Shown piece after piece: positions 30,500-41,669 of a stretch of 64,000 nt of DNA. The DNA comes from Candidatus Bathyarchaeota archaeon (lineage in GTDB: Archaea > Thermoproteota > Bathyarchaeia > Bathyarchaeales > Bathycorpusculaceae). The stretch is from NCBI GenBank assembly GCA_963811105.1, contig CAWEPZ010000011.1, positions 992,001 to 1,056,000 on the forward strand. The letters run 5' to 3'. The notes beneath the pieces were generated by a model. It searched no databases and had not been told where the DNA came from. It saw only the letters and a list, made by a program, of their open reading frames with translations. A program made the position numbers and the translations under genes. Position 1 is the first letter of the stretch. Each line of letters starts with the position of its first letter.

Positions 30500-30734
30500 C
30501 AAACTACGAAGGCATAGCTGAGAAGAGATCAATTTTTTCAAAGAAGCTTGGATACCTGTTCAACTCTTCTTGTTCAATGGGTTGAATAAATAGGAAACTA
30601 CGTATGTCGTAAATTAACATGTTCAGTTATCAATTAAACCTTTGAGTTAATTGAAGAGTAGAGTGCGCTTGAAAAGTAGGCAGAGAATATACATTGGGGT
30701 TCGTGATAGTTTATTACCTATTTTAAAAGTCCTG

Positions 30735-31562
30735 TTAACGCATAATTATTCTCATAATGGCAACAATAGGTATCCATTCTCCGTCCACCATAAACTCTGC
30801 ATGAAATCTTCGAAGACGCGCATCTAAAAAACAAAATATAATCACATAACTGTAAAGTAAACCAAAAACAAGCGCAGGCAAATACTCAAGAAACAAACCC
30901 ATAAACATGCAGCCTGCGATCCAAATACCAAGAACACTATTTACCGTTAGCAGCAACATTTTAGTTTTTTTGGTCCCTAAAACTATCGGCATTGTTTTAA
31001 CCCCCGAAGCTCGGTCACCTCGCATATCAAGAAAGTCAAAAAGAATCGTGTTCACCAAGAGCTGAATAAATATGTAAATGAAAACCATAAAAGTTTTCGC
31101 AAAAGTCTCCTGCTGCAAAGAAAGCGGCAAAAGCGCCCCATACATTGCCCAGCTGAACGCAACAAAAACACTTTTTGCTCCCACGATTTCCTTCAATCTT
31201 GGCAGCGACTTCGACAATTTCACGCTGTAAAAAAAACCTATGATTATAGGGGTCAATATAGTGAAGAATGCAAACAAATTAATCGAAGCGCCTATTCCTA
31301 GGCTAAAAATCATCGTCGCCACTGATGGGACTACGTAGTAAATTGCTGACCGAGACGCTATTTCTGGTTTATTCACAGAATCTTCTTTTTTATCTGTTGC
31401 CTTGTTCAAGTTGTAAACTGAAAACACCGCAAGAAACGCTGCCAAAAGGACCTCAGGGTTATTTCGAATGCCATAAAGAAAATCGCCAAAAACAACCACC
31501 AGTGAACTATTCAGAGCCAAAAAAATTGATGTTGAAGTTAACAGCTTCAAAAGCTTCAGCAT
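30735..31562 (-). CDS. UbiA-family prenyltransferase
   Basis: Multi-TM protein with NKATDKKEDSVNKP and FDFLDMRGDRASGVKTMP Asp-rich motifs, YS..LK, and DGE. Confidence 0.85.
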   Translation of the reverse strand: MLKLLKLLTSTSIFLALNSSLVVVFGDFLYGIRNNPEVLLAAFLAVFSVYNLNKATDKKEDSVNKPEIASRSAIYYVVPSVATMIFSLGIGASINLFAFFTILTPIIIGFFYSVKLSKSLPRLKEIVGAKSVFVAFSWAMYGALLPLSLQQETFAKTFMVFIYIFIQLLVNTILFDFLDMRGDRASGVKTMPIVLGTKKTKMLLLTVNSVLGIWIAGCMFMGLFLEYLPALVFGLLYSYVIIFCFLDARLRRFHAEFMVDGEWIPIVAIMRIIMR

Positions 31563-31577
31563 AACCTTTTGGGACCT

Positions 31578-32384
31578 CTACCCTAAATCTTCGGTTCCAA
31601 TCCTTCTACTATCTTTGAGAGAGTCAAGAAACAACTCTTCACCCCAAGCTAGGGCTTCTTGGTTAAGCGATATGAGGTCCACGCTGTAATCGTATGCTCC
31701 ATTAAGATCAAAAAGACCTAAGGAGAAATTTTTTTCAGTAACAGTTAAGGCAACTTTCAAATTCTCTTTTAAATAAATTTTCAACCTTTCATCTTCAAAG
31801 TCCTTTTTCAAGGAATCCAATTTTGCTAAACTCAGAGTCTTTTCCAGAACTGCTTTTGTAAGTATTAATTCAACTTGATTACCTTGGCTGAGTAAATGTT
31901 CGATTACCGGCACGTAGTCTGGGTGAAATATTGGAGAGATTCCCCTTATCCGCTTTGACGTTAGTAGAATCTGCAAAAAGGCTTTGTGAACCTTGCTCAA
32001 CTCAAAGGAGTCTGTCCGAACTAAAGTTGAGTCTTTTAAAGCGCCTAAATTCCGAATTAGATGTGGTGGCATTACGGTTACGTTATGAGATAGCCACAAA
32101 TCTTTGAATTTTTCCATCACTTCTGAAGTGACCAAGCATTCACTGCAGATTTGCGCATCAATGTACCCTAGCGACGTTAGAGAGTAAAATCCGCCTGACT
32201 TTGTGGTGAGCTCTGCCCCTTCAAACTCCTTGAGAACATGCAAAATGGAGGTTTCTCGGGTGTCTATTGCTGACTTTAGCATTTGAAGATTCTTGCTCCC
32301 TTCCAAAAGCTGCAAAAGAATCTTTAATTTAAGCTCAGACCTTATCGGCGCTAAATAAGTAGTCAACCGTGCCCCTTCCCGCAA
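31578..32384 (-). CDS. Winged-helix transcriptional regulator with DUF1724/FilR1-like C-terminal domain
   Basis: N-terminal wHTH (RSELKLKILLQL...YSLTSLG), H.V..MP..L and LTVT....SLGLF...G.YD...ALAWGEELF motifs typical of this archaeal family. Confidence 0.75.
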   Translation of the reverse strand: MREGARLTTYLAPIRSELKLKILLQLLEGSKNLQMLKSAIDTRETSILHVLKEFEGAELTTKSGGFYSLTSLGYIDAQICSECLVTSEVMEKFKDLWLSHNVTVMPPHLIRNLGALKDSTLVRTDSFELSKVHKAFLQILLTSKRIRGISPIFHPDYVPVIEHLLSQGNQVELILTKAVLEKTLSLAKLDSLKKDFEDERLKIYLKENLKVALTVTEKNFSLGLFDLNGAYDYSVDLISLNQEALAWGEELFLDSLKDSRRIGTEDLG

Positions 32385-33008
32385 AGTAATCGTCCTTATA
32401 AATATTTAAGTTTATCCTCTTTCTTAAGTCTTGAATAGGCTTATTTTGATTGATGAACATATTGCCGATTGCTGTTTATCCACCTTTTTGTTGAAGCCCA
32501 AAGCAAAAACGGTTTCAGCAAACTGGAGTTGACAAATTGGCGAAGTGTGCTTCTCAAAAATCTTATAATAAGTTTGGAAAGTAAAAAGTTGACGGAGGAA
32601 AGAGATGTGTCGAAACGGAATAGAGTTCTGACAATCATCATGTTGCCTTTTCTTGTTTTCACTTTTCCTATCGGATGGTGCTTATCATGGGCAGACCAAA
32701 AAAGTAACCTTCCAAACAGAAAGCCCTGACATCGCTTTTTGCTCTACTGTAGAAGTTCTACCTTGCCGAAAGGCGCCCGCTTTCGTAGCATTATTGTTGT
32801 TGTTATATTGTAACACCATTTGTTTAAATAGTCCGTGGTAAGTTATCAATAACAATTGAAAAGAGAGATTCTGTTTAATTGATAATTTGGAACCGATAAC
32901 AGCAGTCAGTTGAACCATTTGCTGCTGATTCTGTTCCATTGACCAAGTATATCACCTCGAACTTCTCGAAGAAAATAGAATGCGCCTAAAAATGTTTGGA
33001 GAAAAAAA

Positions 33009-33707
33009 ATGTTTGGTCAAAGGTATGAACCCACGCAACCCACTAACATATTTATTGCCGCACTCAACGAAGAAGAAGGAATAGGCGCCACAATATCTGA
33101 GCTTTCAGAAAACATAAATGCTAAGCGTATTCTAGTAATTGATGGCTATAGTGACGACCGGACAGTAGAGGTCGCCAAAGATCATGGAGCAGAAATCTTT
33201 TTCCAAGACGGCAGAGGCAAAGGAGATGCTTTAGCCAAAGCTGTGCAGTGCATCAGTGTTGATGTTGAGTATGTGGTTATCACTGATGCAGACTTCACTT
33301 ATCCAGCTGAGCATGTGCCGCAAATGATTCAGATCCTCGAGAATAGACCACGTGTAGGCATGGTTTGTGGAAACAGATTTAGTAAACAAACAGAAGGAAA
33401 CGCTTTTCAAGGTCGGTTTACCTTTGGAAACAAACTATTGGCTTTAGCTCATAGTTTTCTGAACGGAATAAATTTGCAAGATCCATTAACCGGATTGCGC
33501 GTTGTCCGAGCAGAAATACTCCGGAAATGGGCCATTAAGTCCAAAGGTTTTGACATTGAAGTTGAGTTGAATCATCAGGTAGGCAAACAAGGATTTGATA
33601 CAATCGAAATTCCAATTGAGTACCGAGAACGTTTGGGTGAGAAAAAATTGAAAATGAAACATGGCGCAACGATTCTAAAGAGAATTTTATTCGAAAGCTT
33701 CAATTGA
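33009..33707 (+). CDS. GT2 glycosyltransferase (DPM1-like)
   Basis: AALNEEEGI, VIDGYSDDRT, GKG, DAD, D..TG.R, GFDIEVE and EIPIEYRER motifs. Confidence 0.9.
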   Translation: MFGQRYEPTQPTNIFIAALNEEEGIGATISELSENINAKRILVIDGYSDDRTVEVAKDHGAEIFFQDGRGKGDALAKAVQCISVDVEYVVITDADFTYPAEHVPQMIQILENRPRVGMVCGNRFSKQTEGNAFQGRFTFGNKLLALAHSFLNGINLQDPLTGLRVVRAEILRKWAIKSKGFDIEVELNHQVGKQGFDTIEIPIEYRERLGEKKLKMKHGATILKRILFESFN

Positions 33708-34086
33708 AATTCTTGATGGGTGTTATATTTTCAACATTGATGGATTCATGTGGTTTATAAGTAAAAAAGTCCGAGTTATGGAATTATTGCTGTTTTTTTT
33801 AGTTTGATTGAATTTTACCCCCGCGACGCTCTCTGCCTTGTCCCTTTATTGCGCGTTGAATAGGTTGGTAAACATGCTTCGGTTACTCTCCAATATTCTG
33901 AAGTGTGGATACTAATTTCCCATTTTTCGTATTTTCTAAAGTGTAGAATGAGGAGGATTTTTTTTCCTTTCTTAGAGTATAGGGGAATCTGGAGCGAATT
34001 TGGTAGAGATTTGAGTGAAAATCTGGAAAATCAATTAATAGTTTTTCCGCTTAACAGACATTGAAAACTTCAAGCCGAACAAGGTA

Positions 34087-34395
34087 ATGGGAAAAATGAA
34101 ACAAACACAAGTTTACAGATTGGATTTAACCAAGATCGATGGGAGAGGAGACTTTTCATGCCCAGAATGTGGGGCTGTAATATCTCCTGATGATTGTACC
34201 GAAAAGGCATACTCTATTCTGGAAGCGAAGGTCAATAAACAAGGTTTGGTTGAATTGGTGATTTGCTGTAAATCGTGTGGAAGTTCTATTCACTTGACTG
34301 GTTTTTCTCTTTTGCAAAAGGTGCCTGAGATAGGGGGAGAGAAACTGGAGAGTAAGAAGAGAGAAGAATCTCCATGCTACATTACTCACCTTTGA
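34087..34395 (+). CDS. Small zinc-ribbon hypothetical protein
   Basis: CPECG and CKSCG pairs. Confidence 0.65.
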   Translation: MGKMKQTQVYRLDLTKIDGRGDFSCPECGAVISPDDCTEKAYSILEAKVNKQGLVELVICCKSCGSSIHLTGFSLLQKVPEIGGEKLESKKREESPCYITHL

Positions 34396-35004
34396 AATTA
34401 TCTTAGTGCAATCCTCGTCATAATGAGTCGTGTTTATTAAATTATGATCTAACCAGCCAAAACTAAGCCTGCAAGAAACCTGCAAAACCCACGATCTCAA
34501 AAGTACCTAAAACGTAAGAGTTCAGCACACTGAGCCTTGGTTATCGGAAGAAAAGCTTCATCTTAGGCAGGTTTGTTGTCTGTCTAAATCGGTACAAGAA
34601 TTTCTTTTTGCACGCCGGCAAGACGTGCAAATAACTCCAAGAGGAAAAATACACTCTCTGTGGGGACCATTAAAAGGGAAAATGCAAATTCAAGCGAAAA
34701 TCGGTACGAGAAGTTTTGAAAGGGCAATGCTGCCTGAATCATTCCAACGCTATGAGAAGTTTTGGACTCATCCACCTCAGGACTCTACTGTATCTCTTTA
34801 TTACTGTTGAAGTAAACTGGTTAGACTGCTTCGTATAAGTTCAGCGTGACACGCCGTTTCTGCCGCCTCATCAGATCCCAAGAAAACGTTCGTTTCCAAA
34901 GCTTTTCCCTCCTTACACTCTTGTTCAGGCAAAAAACTGCAAAAAAATCGACAAATTTAGCGCTAACTTTTCCATTGTTTGGGATCAGATAAACATTCAT
35001 TAAT

Positions 35005-36276
35005 ATGAATTTTGTCGCCATGAAAAATGCGCGTTTCGATTTTCGGGAAAAAGTTTTAATTCGCCTTTATAGGTGTTCTCTGCCTGTGTGGCGACTAGGA
35101 TTCTTCTTCCACGAGATGGCATTCGGGCTGCTTTCGATTTTTATACCACTCTACGTTGTAAGGACCCTTGGCGGATCACTAGTTGAATTGGGACTTATGG
35201 TTGCCGCAGCCTTGCTCTTCAGCATTCCCGCTTCTTTCTTCTGGGGGTACATCTGCGACAAAACAAGGCGCTACAAAATCTACATTCTTCTTTCCTTCGC
35301 TTCGGCAACAATAATTATTTATCTTTTCACACTCACAGCAAGCATTCTTCTGTTCATCTTCCTTTACGTGACTATGTCCATGCTTCACGTTGCACATGAA
35401 GCTCCCAAAAACGTTTTGATAGCTGAACACTATTCTCGAGATGAATGGGAAAAATCTTTTGCGTCGTATCAACGGCTCACTGAAGTTGGCTGGTTACTGG
35501 GGTTATTACTTGGGCTGATAGCCGCAACTCTTAGTCTCGGCACTCAGTACACATTGTTTTTGTGCAGCGGCCTAAACTTAGCTGCTTTTGTCTTATCCAT
35601 ATTCCTAGTCGCCGACCCTCTGTTGATCTTTGAACGAAGATTGGTAAGCATAGAAAAAAAGATTGACTACGCTTACCGCGGTATCAAAGTTGCCTCGCAG
35701 ATTCTTGACGGATATTCCCCTAATGATAAACTCAAGAAAGAAAGCTTCGTTGCGTTCGGCATCGCCATACTATTCTTCTCTTTAGCATCAAACACATTCT
35801 TCACACCAATGCCCATCTTCTTCGCCCAAAAACTCGCTCTCCCCACAAACATGATTTTTGTAATTTACATGTTAAACTCATTAGGTGCAATCGTTGGATA
35901 TTCCCTAATCAAAAGAAAAACCATGTTCACTGACTCAAAAAAACAGATTCGTAGAATCGTGCTCCTCAGAAGCGCACTAATCTTTCTATTAGTCGCAGCC
36001 ATCCAAATAGCGTTTTCACCAACATTTTTTGCTTCACTTGTCATGGTGCTGCTAAATCTTGCTTACGCAGTCTACTACATCCTCATGATTTCACTCGCAA
36101 TGGAACTTATACCCCAAGGCAAAACCGGAATTTTCGATGTCCTCACAGGCTTAGGCGCCGCAACAGGCTCCTTTTTAGGGCCTTTTCTCGCCCAAATGCT
36201 AGGTTTCCTCCCCCAGTTCCTAATCGCCAGCGCCATCTTCCTATTAGCATTTGCAATTCTAAAGATTTTCACCTAA
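35005..36276 (+). CDS. MFS transporter
   Basis: About 12 TM helices in two bundles and motif A-like WGYICDKTRR. The start may be ~25 codons further downstream. Confidence 0.85.
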   Translation: MNFVAMKNARFDFREKVLIRLYRCSLPVWRLGFFFHEMAFGLLSIFIPLYVVRTLGGSLVELGLMVAAALLFSIPASFFWGYICDKTRRYKIYILLSFASATIIIYLFTLTASILLFIFLYVTMSMLHVAHEAPKNVLIAEHYSRDEWEKSFASYQRLTEVGWLLGLLLGLIAATLSLGTQYTLFLCSGLNLAAFVLSIFLVADPLLIFERRLVSIEKKIDYAYRGIKVASQILDGYSPNDKLKKESFVAFGIAILFFSLASNTFFTPMPIFFAQKLALPTNMIFVIYMLNSLGAIVGYSLIKRKTMFTDSKKQIRRIVLLRSALIFLLVAAIQIAFSPTFFASLVMVLLNLAYAVYYILMISLAMELIPQGKTGIFDVLTGLGAATGSFLGPFLAQMLGFLPQFLIASAIFLLAFAILKIFT

Positions 36277-36370
36277 AAATAAATTCTCACAAAAACGCTA
36301 AAATCTAAGCAGCCTGAAACAAGCTTAACTTGCCTTCTTCGTAACAAACCTGGAAAAATGTGGACGCTAA

Positions 36371-38210
36371 TTAGGTGTCGGCTGTCTCCGTTGGTTCTTC
36401 ACGAGGGTAAGTTCCGGGCTTTTTCTCGATTGAGCCGCCATTTTGCTTACTTCTTATAAACGCTATTGCTTCTCGAAATTTGCGAGGTAAGTACAGCGCC
36501 GCTAAGCCTGGGCCTCGAAGAGTATAACCTGTTCTGGCTTGAACAGCGAAGAAAATTACTGCAATTGCAAACGGGAGAAGAGACAGGAAGTTTATGAACG
36601 CTCCCAGAAAAGACCAATGCAGAAACGCCTGAGGAAAAATGGATCGGACCATGTCGTACTAGACTCCCAACGAATGCTCTTGAAAAAATCTCACTGAAAA
36701 ACGGCAGAGCAAGAAGAAAAATAGAAATTGCCGCGCCCAATACAAGTGTTTTCCACGAGTATCGACGCATGTATTCTATGGATGATATATTTTTGAAGGG
36801 AATTTCCGTGACTTTTCTGGAAAGGACGCCTCTTTTTATAAAGAGCCTCTTTTCCGTCGCAATAACGCCCCAGCTGCCTGAGGACCAACTCTTCAAAACG
36901 TTTTCAGGTGATGAAAGAGTAGAACGGGCTTCGCTGGGGATATTTATTAAACCTCTTTCTTTGATTAATTCAGTTGTCAAAGCCTCGTCAAGGTCAGCCG
37001 CTAAATTGGATACGGCAAGGCTCATTGTCCTTTTCTTGGCGTTTTCTGAAAGCTCCTTCCACAATCCCGGATTGTCCACAAGCTTACAGATCGCCTCCGC
37101 CGCGCCTCCTATGTCTTCTGGGCCATTCACGTGGAGGCCTTCAACGCCGTTATGGATGAGCCATTTCTGTCCCCCAACCCCCGAAGTAACAACGGGAACG
37201 CCGCTAAACATGAACTCCATCTGCGTCAACCCCAAGGCTTCCAGCCTACTCAAAATTATGTTTATATAGGAAGCCTTGATTAGGAGTACTTTTTCCTGCT
37301 CGTTTATCTCACCCAGATAAGTCACATTTGGCATGTCCTTGCTTTCTTGAATGACTTTTTCGGCGTAAGGTGAACCGCCTTTTCCAGCTAAAACAAAATG
37401 AATGTCGCTTCTTTCTTTTAGTATCTCAGCTATTTTTATTATAGCCATCGGGTTTTTGCGTTCCTCAAGACTACCTAAGAAAGATACTATTTTTGAGTCT
37501 TGCTTGATCTTTAGGGCTTCCACGAATCTTCTAACGTCGGCATTCGCATATCGTAGAAATATTTCATCGTCCACTCCGCCCGGGAATAGGAAGAACTTGT
37601 CAGGGTCAGCGCCCATCTTAATTTTGGCTTCTTTCTCAAATGGTGTAACGACGATTATGAGGTTGGCTGTTGAAAATATCTGCGGCAAAGTCAACCTGTT
37701 CCACACGGTCCGAAAAGAACGCTCAGATAAGGAATATCTTTTGGGGGTGGGCTCTTGGAAGTGGGACATTTGGCAGAACACTAGCGGGTCTTGGTATCCA
37801 CCAATGTCTTTCATGTAACGTCTCCACTCTATGAATTTGGCAGTATCTTCAGGTCCATTCCACAAAGTGCTATGGGTTATGAGAACATCAAGTTCAAACT
37901 TGTCCACGATCTTTTCAAGTATAGAAATAAAATCTCGGAAAACAATTCGCCGGGGAGGCCACTTTGCGATGTAGCTTTCAACCCGAATTATCGGTATTTG
38001 CAGTTCCTCGTCGTCGGAATAGACGTACCCACCGATTTTGGTCAGATTCTCTGAGGAGACAACTTTTTCTCCATCATGGAAAACGCTGGTGATAAGGTAT
38101 GCTTCGTTTCCCAGCTTGATGAACTCACGTACCATTCGTTGGGCTACGAGTTCTTGCCCTTTGCTTCTGCTTGTTTGGTACATGATAACTCCAATTCGTT
38201 TCTTCAGCAT
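36371..38210 (-). CDS. GT4 (GT-B) glycosyltransferase with C-terminal PH-like and TM extension; frameshift near 36655
   Basis: GGVD, LGSLEERKN, EALGLTQMEFMFSGVPVV (E-x7-E). The C-terminal membrane part continues in the 36371-36652 frame. Confidence 0.8.
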
Positions 38211-38386
38211 ACCGTTGGCTCACAAAAATTTACCGTCTATTAACTTAAATTGATTTGAAGCTTAAAAAAGTGACTCAACTCCGCCCCATAAAAAGCAAAG
38301 AAAGGGCTGCATAGCCAGGTTATTTGGCGCTTTAGAAGAAAGACTAAAGCAACCAAACCGGTATTATCCTATGGAGGACTTTCAGA

Positions 38387-39172
38387 TTGAAAAATAAAAA
38401 TATTGTAAAAAGAGTTGATGCACTATTCACAGATTATGACGGGACGATAAGTCCCATAAACGTTTCACGGTCAGAATCGCGAGTCCCCCCCGAAATTATG
38501 TTATTGCTCAACAGGATCAAAGATCGGATTCCAGTGGCCGTAATAACTACCAAGTCATTTGAATTTGTGGTCGCAAAGACGCAATTCGCTTGTGCGTGGT
38601 CAACGCTCGGAGGATTGGAGACCAGAATAGGCGAAATCACCTATCGAGCGTCATGTTTGAAAACTACACGGTTCGTTGCAAAAGCTCTACAGTTCGCAAA
38701 GAGCCTGTCTAAAGATGTCTTGGCAGTGGAGGAGAAACGAGATTCTCGAGGAGAAGTCGTCGCGTTTTCAGTTGACTGGCGCTTTGCTGATAACCAGATA
38801 ATAGCAGAAAAGACGGCTATGAAGATTCTTTCTTTTTGCGAAAGTTTGTCCGTGGTAACCTTAAGATATAATGGACAACCGTTTTTTGATGTTTTTCCAT
38901 GTGCCGTTAACAAAGGAAAAGCTCTCTTAGACCTAAAGCAGAAACTCGGAGTACTGGGTAATGTCTTGTTTATGGGTGACTCAACTGTGGATAATCTAGC
39001 GTTTGAGTTGGCTGACATCGCGGTGGGCGTGGTGCATGCCGAGACGCCGAAGAATCTTGCATGTGACTACTTTGTTCGGTTTGAGGATATTGCTGGTTTT
39101 TTCAAGTGCCTAATAGAAAATGATTTTCTTTTTGAGTCGAATTTTCCCATGATTATCCAAAAGAAAGCATAG
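38387..39172 (+). CDS. HAD-IIB phosphatase (trehalose/sucrose-phosphate phosphatase-like)
   Basis: DYDGT motif I, NKG motif III and MGDSTVD motif IV. Confidence 0.8.
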   Translation: MKNKNIVKRVDALFTDYDGTISPINVSRSESRVPPEIMLLLNRIKDRIPVAVITTKSFEFVVAKTQFACAWSTLGGLETRIGEITYRASCLKTTRFVAKALQFAKSLSKDVLAVEEKRDSRGEVVAFSVDWRFADNQIIAEKTAMKILSFCESLSVVTLRYNGQPFFDVFPCAVNKGKALLDLKQKLGVLGNVLFMGDSTVDNLAFELADIAVGVVHAETPKNLACDYFVRFEDIAGFFKCLIENDFLFESNFPMIIQKKA

Positions 39173-39387
39173 CTCTCTCTGGTGAATTTGCCATGAAAGT
39201 TTGGACCGAGTCGCTCGAAGCTAATGGAAAATGCTGAGTTGATTTTTCTTGTGGCTGGCCTATGCTCAAGTGTTGATCGAGCATCAAATTAAGCCCACTC
39301 ATTTACCCTTATTGAGAACCAAATATGTTTCAGTAGCAACCTATTTCTATGTCCTCAGCAAGGAGTACCGCAAGATGATTCCATAAA

Positions 39388-41463
39388 ATGACGCTGCCTT
39401 CAATAAAATTAGATGAAAACCAGCTTGCTGATTTTGATCAGGCCATAAGAAAGGAGTGGCTTGTAACTAACGGTTTAGGAAGCTACGCCGCCTCAACCGC
39501 ATTAAGCATTAACACAAGGAAATACCATGGGTTATTGGTTGCCGCTTTGCACCCTCCGGGTGACCGAACCGTCTGTCTTGCAAAGCTCGACGAAGAAGTA
39601 TTCATCGGCAACGATATTTTCAGCCTTGGAGCAAATGAATTCATTGACGCAATTCAGCCTCAGGGTTACCGTTTTTTGAAAGAATTCAGCATTTCCCCAT
39701 TTCCAACATATCTTTATAAAACTGAAAATATTGAAGTCAGAAAAACTATTTTCATGCCGCATGAAAGAAACGCAGTAGTCGCTGTTTACCATGTGAAAAA
39801 CTCGGGCGATATGGATTCTAAGATGAAGATTTACCCTGTGATGTCTTGTAGGCATTTTCAGTCAGTTGTTGACAGGAGAGCCAAACAGTTAAGTTTCACT
39901 CAAACCTCAAAAGCAAAAGAAGTGGACCTTGTTTTTAGCCAGCCAAACGCGACTATAGTCTCAAGAGCTATCGAAGGCACTTTTTCCGCCAACTTAGAGT
40001 GGATTGATAAGTTGCATTATAGGGAGGAAGAGGAACAAAATGAAAGCAGTTTTGATGATTGTTTCCAGCCTGGATTTTTTGAGTTTACTCTCCCACATAA
40101 ACATGATTCCAATTTTGCGATAGCTACCGCTGTTACTGAAAACAATGGGGAAGCAATTACCATTTTGAATGAAATGGGTAATTGCATCGACGCGATTGAA
40201 TCTCTTCTGACGCGGGAATTGAATCGTAAGAATTGTCTTTTGACTCAATTTTACGATAAGCATGAAGGAGTAACTGTGAAGGATTGGTTAAGCTGGATTC
40301 TTCTGGCTGCGGATTCCTTCATCGTAAAAAGAGGCGAGAGAGAGTTCATCATTGCCGGGTATTATAGGTTCGAGCCCTGGGGAAGGGATTCGTTCATTTC
40401 GTTGCCCGGACTCTTGCTGGTAACTGGTAGATTTGATGATGCAAGAAAAGTTCTTTTGAAGTTCTCGAGTTACAGCAAACGAGGGTTAATACCTGATTAT
40501 ATTGATGAAAAAACTGGAGTACCAGCGTACAATACTGTCGACGCCACTTTATGGTATGTTAACGCTGTCTGGCAGTATTTGAAGTACACAGCCGATTTCG
40601 AATTTGTGAAAGATACTTGCTGGGACGGTTTAAAGGAAATCATTGATACTCATCAGAAAGGCACAAAATATGACATACATGTTAACCGGGATGGGTTGCT
40701 TGAACATGGTTCAAGGCTTACTTGGATGGATGCTGAAAATGACGGGGTGGCTGTAACTTCAAGGGCTGGAAAAGCTGTCGAAATCCAAGCATTATGGTAT
40801 AATGCTCTTCGAATATGCGAGGTATTGGCGAAGAAGTATGGAGAGGGTGCTCTTGCAAATAATTATTCTTCAATGGCGGATAAGGCTAAGTCGAGCTTTA
40901 ATCGGGAGTTTTGGAATAATGAAAGGCAATGTCTTTTTGATGTTGTAGATGAGCATGGTGCTGACCAGTCAGTTAGGCCTAACCAGATCATTGCTGTCGG
41001 ACTTGATTTCACCATGTTGGAAAAGGAAAGGCAAAACCTTGTTGTTGACTTTGTTATGGCAGAGTTTCTTACACCTTACGGGTTGAGAACACTTGCAAAA
41101 AGTGATCCACGTTATAAGGGCAGATATTTTGGTGATTGGAAGATGCGGAACTTGGCTTATCATAATGGTCCTGTTTGGCCCTGGCTGACTGGACCTTTGA
41201 CAAAGGCTTACCTAAGGACGAAAGATCAAGCAAGTCGTCAATTGAAGTTCGCGCAGGAGACTTTTCTGTTTCCTTTGCTTGCCCAGCAGGTTCTTCAGAG
41301 CGGGTTAGGATCGATAAGTGAGCTTTACGATGCCGATTTGCCCTACACGCCAGGCGGCTGCATAAGTCAAGCTTGGAGCGTAGCTGAGCTTCTAAGAGCC
41401 TACGTGGAAGATACTCTGCAATTTAGGCCGCCTCATGAAAAAGAGGTTTTAGCGGAAATCTGA
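39388..41463 (+). CDS. Glycogen debranching enzyme / amylo-alpha-1,6-glucosidase, archaeal type
   Basis: EWLVTNGLG, TRKYHGLL, IAGY..F..WGRD, NTVDATLW, LTWMDA, GKAVEIQALW, RPNQ, YHNG.VWPW and QAWSVAE motifs. Confidence 0.92.
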   Translation: MTLPSIKLDENQLADFDQAIRKEWLVTNGLGSYAASTALSINTRKYHGLLVAALHPPGDRTVCLAKLDEEVFIGNDIFSLGANEFIDAIQPQGYRFLKEFSISPFPTYLYKTENIEVRKTIFMPHERNAVVAVYHVKNSGDMDSKMKIYPVMSCRHFQSVVDRRAKQLSFTQTSKAKEVDLVFSQPNATIVSRAIEGTFSANLEWIDKLHYREEEEQNESSFDDCFQPGFFEFTLPHKHDSNFAIATAVTENNGEAITILNEMGNCIDAIESLLTRELNRKNCLLTQFYDKHEGVTVKDWLSWILLAADSFIVKRGEREFIIAGYYRFEPWGRDSFISLPGLLLVTGRFDDARKVLLKFSSYSKRGLIPDYIDEKTGVPAYNTVDATLWYVNAVWQYLKYTADFEFVKDTCWDGLKEIIDTHQKGTKYDIHVNRDGLLEHGSRLTWMDAENDGVAVTSRAGKAVEIQALWYNALRICEVLAKKYGEGALANNYSSMADKAKSSFNREFWNNERQCLFDVVDEHGADQSVRPNQIIAVGLDFTMLEKERQNLVVDFVMAEFLTPYGLRTLAKSDPRYKGRYFGDWKMRNLAYHNGPVWPWLTGPLTKAYLRTKDQASRQLKFAQETFLFPLLAQQVLQSGLGSISELYDADLPYTPGGCISQAWSVAELLRAYVEDTLQFRPPHEKEVLAEI

Positions 41464-41669
41464 GTTCCTAAATCAATAAAGTGAGTCACCCAAGAAAAGA
41501 AAATGGCCGCGTTGTGTAATCCTAAAGCAAAGTTATTAACAGGGTTAACTCTAAGAATTCTAAGCTGAAAAGTTGGAAAAGGAAAATTGAGTGAATTTTA
41601 TTTGTTTGAACAATCCTCACTGCCAAATTGTCACGTTAATGGAGCCAGTTTTTTTTCCTCACAATAGGA

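Noticed and set aside
32441-32939. Overlapping short ORFs between the wHTH regulator and the GT2
   Set aside because: Conflicting frames and no motifs; none could be supported, although a small membrane peptide within 32469-32729 is possible.
34586-34712. Two 15-bp imperfect direct repeats (aaatcggtac(a/g)agaa) 112 bp apart
   Set aside because: Only two copies with no associated element; could be operator sites but unsupported.
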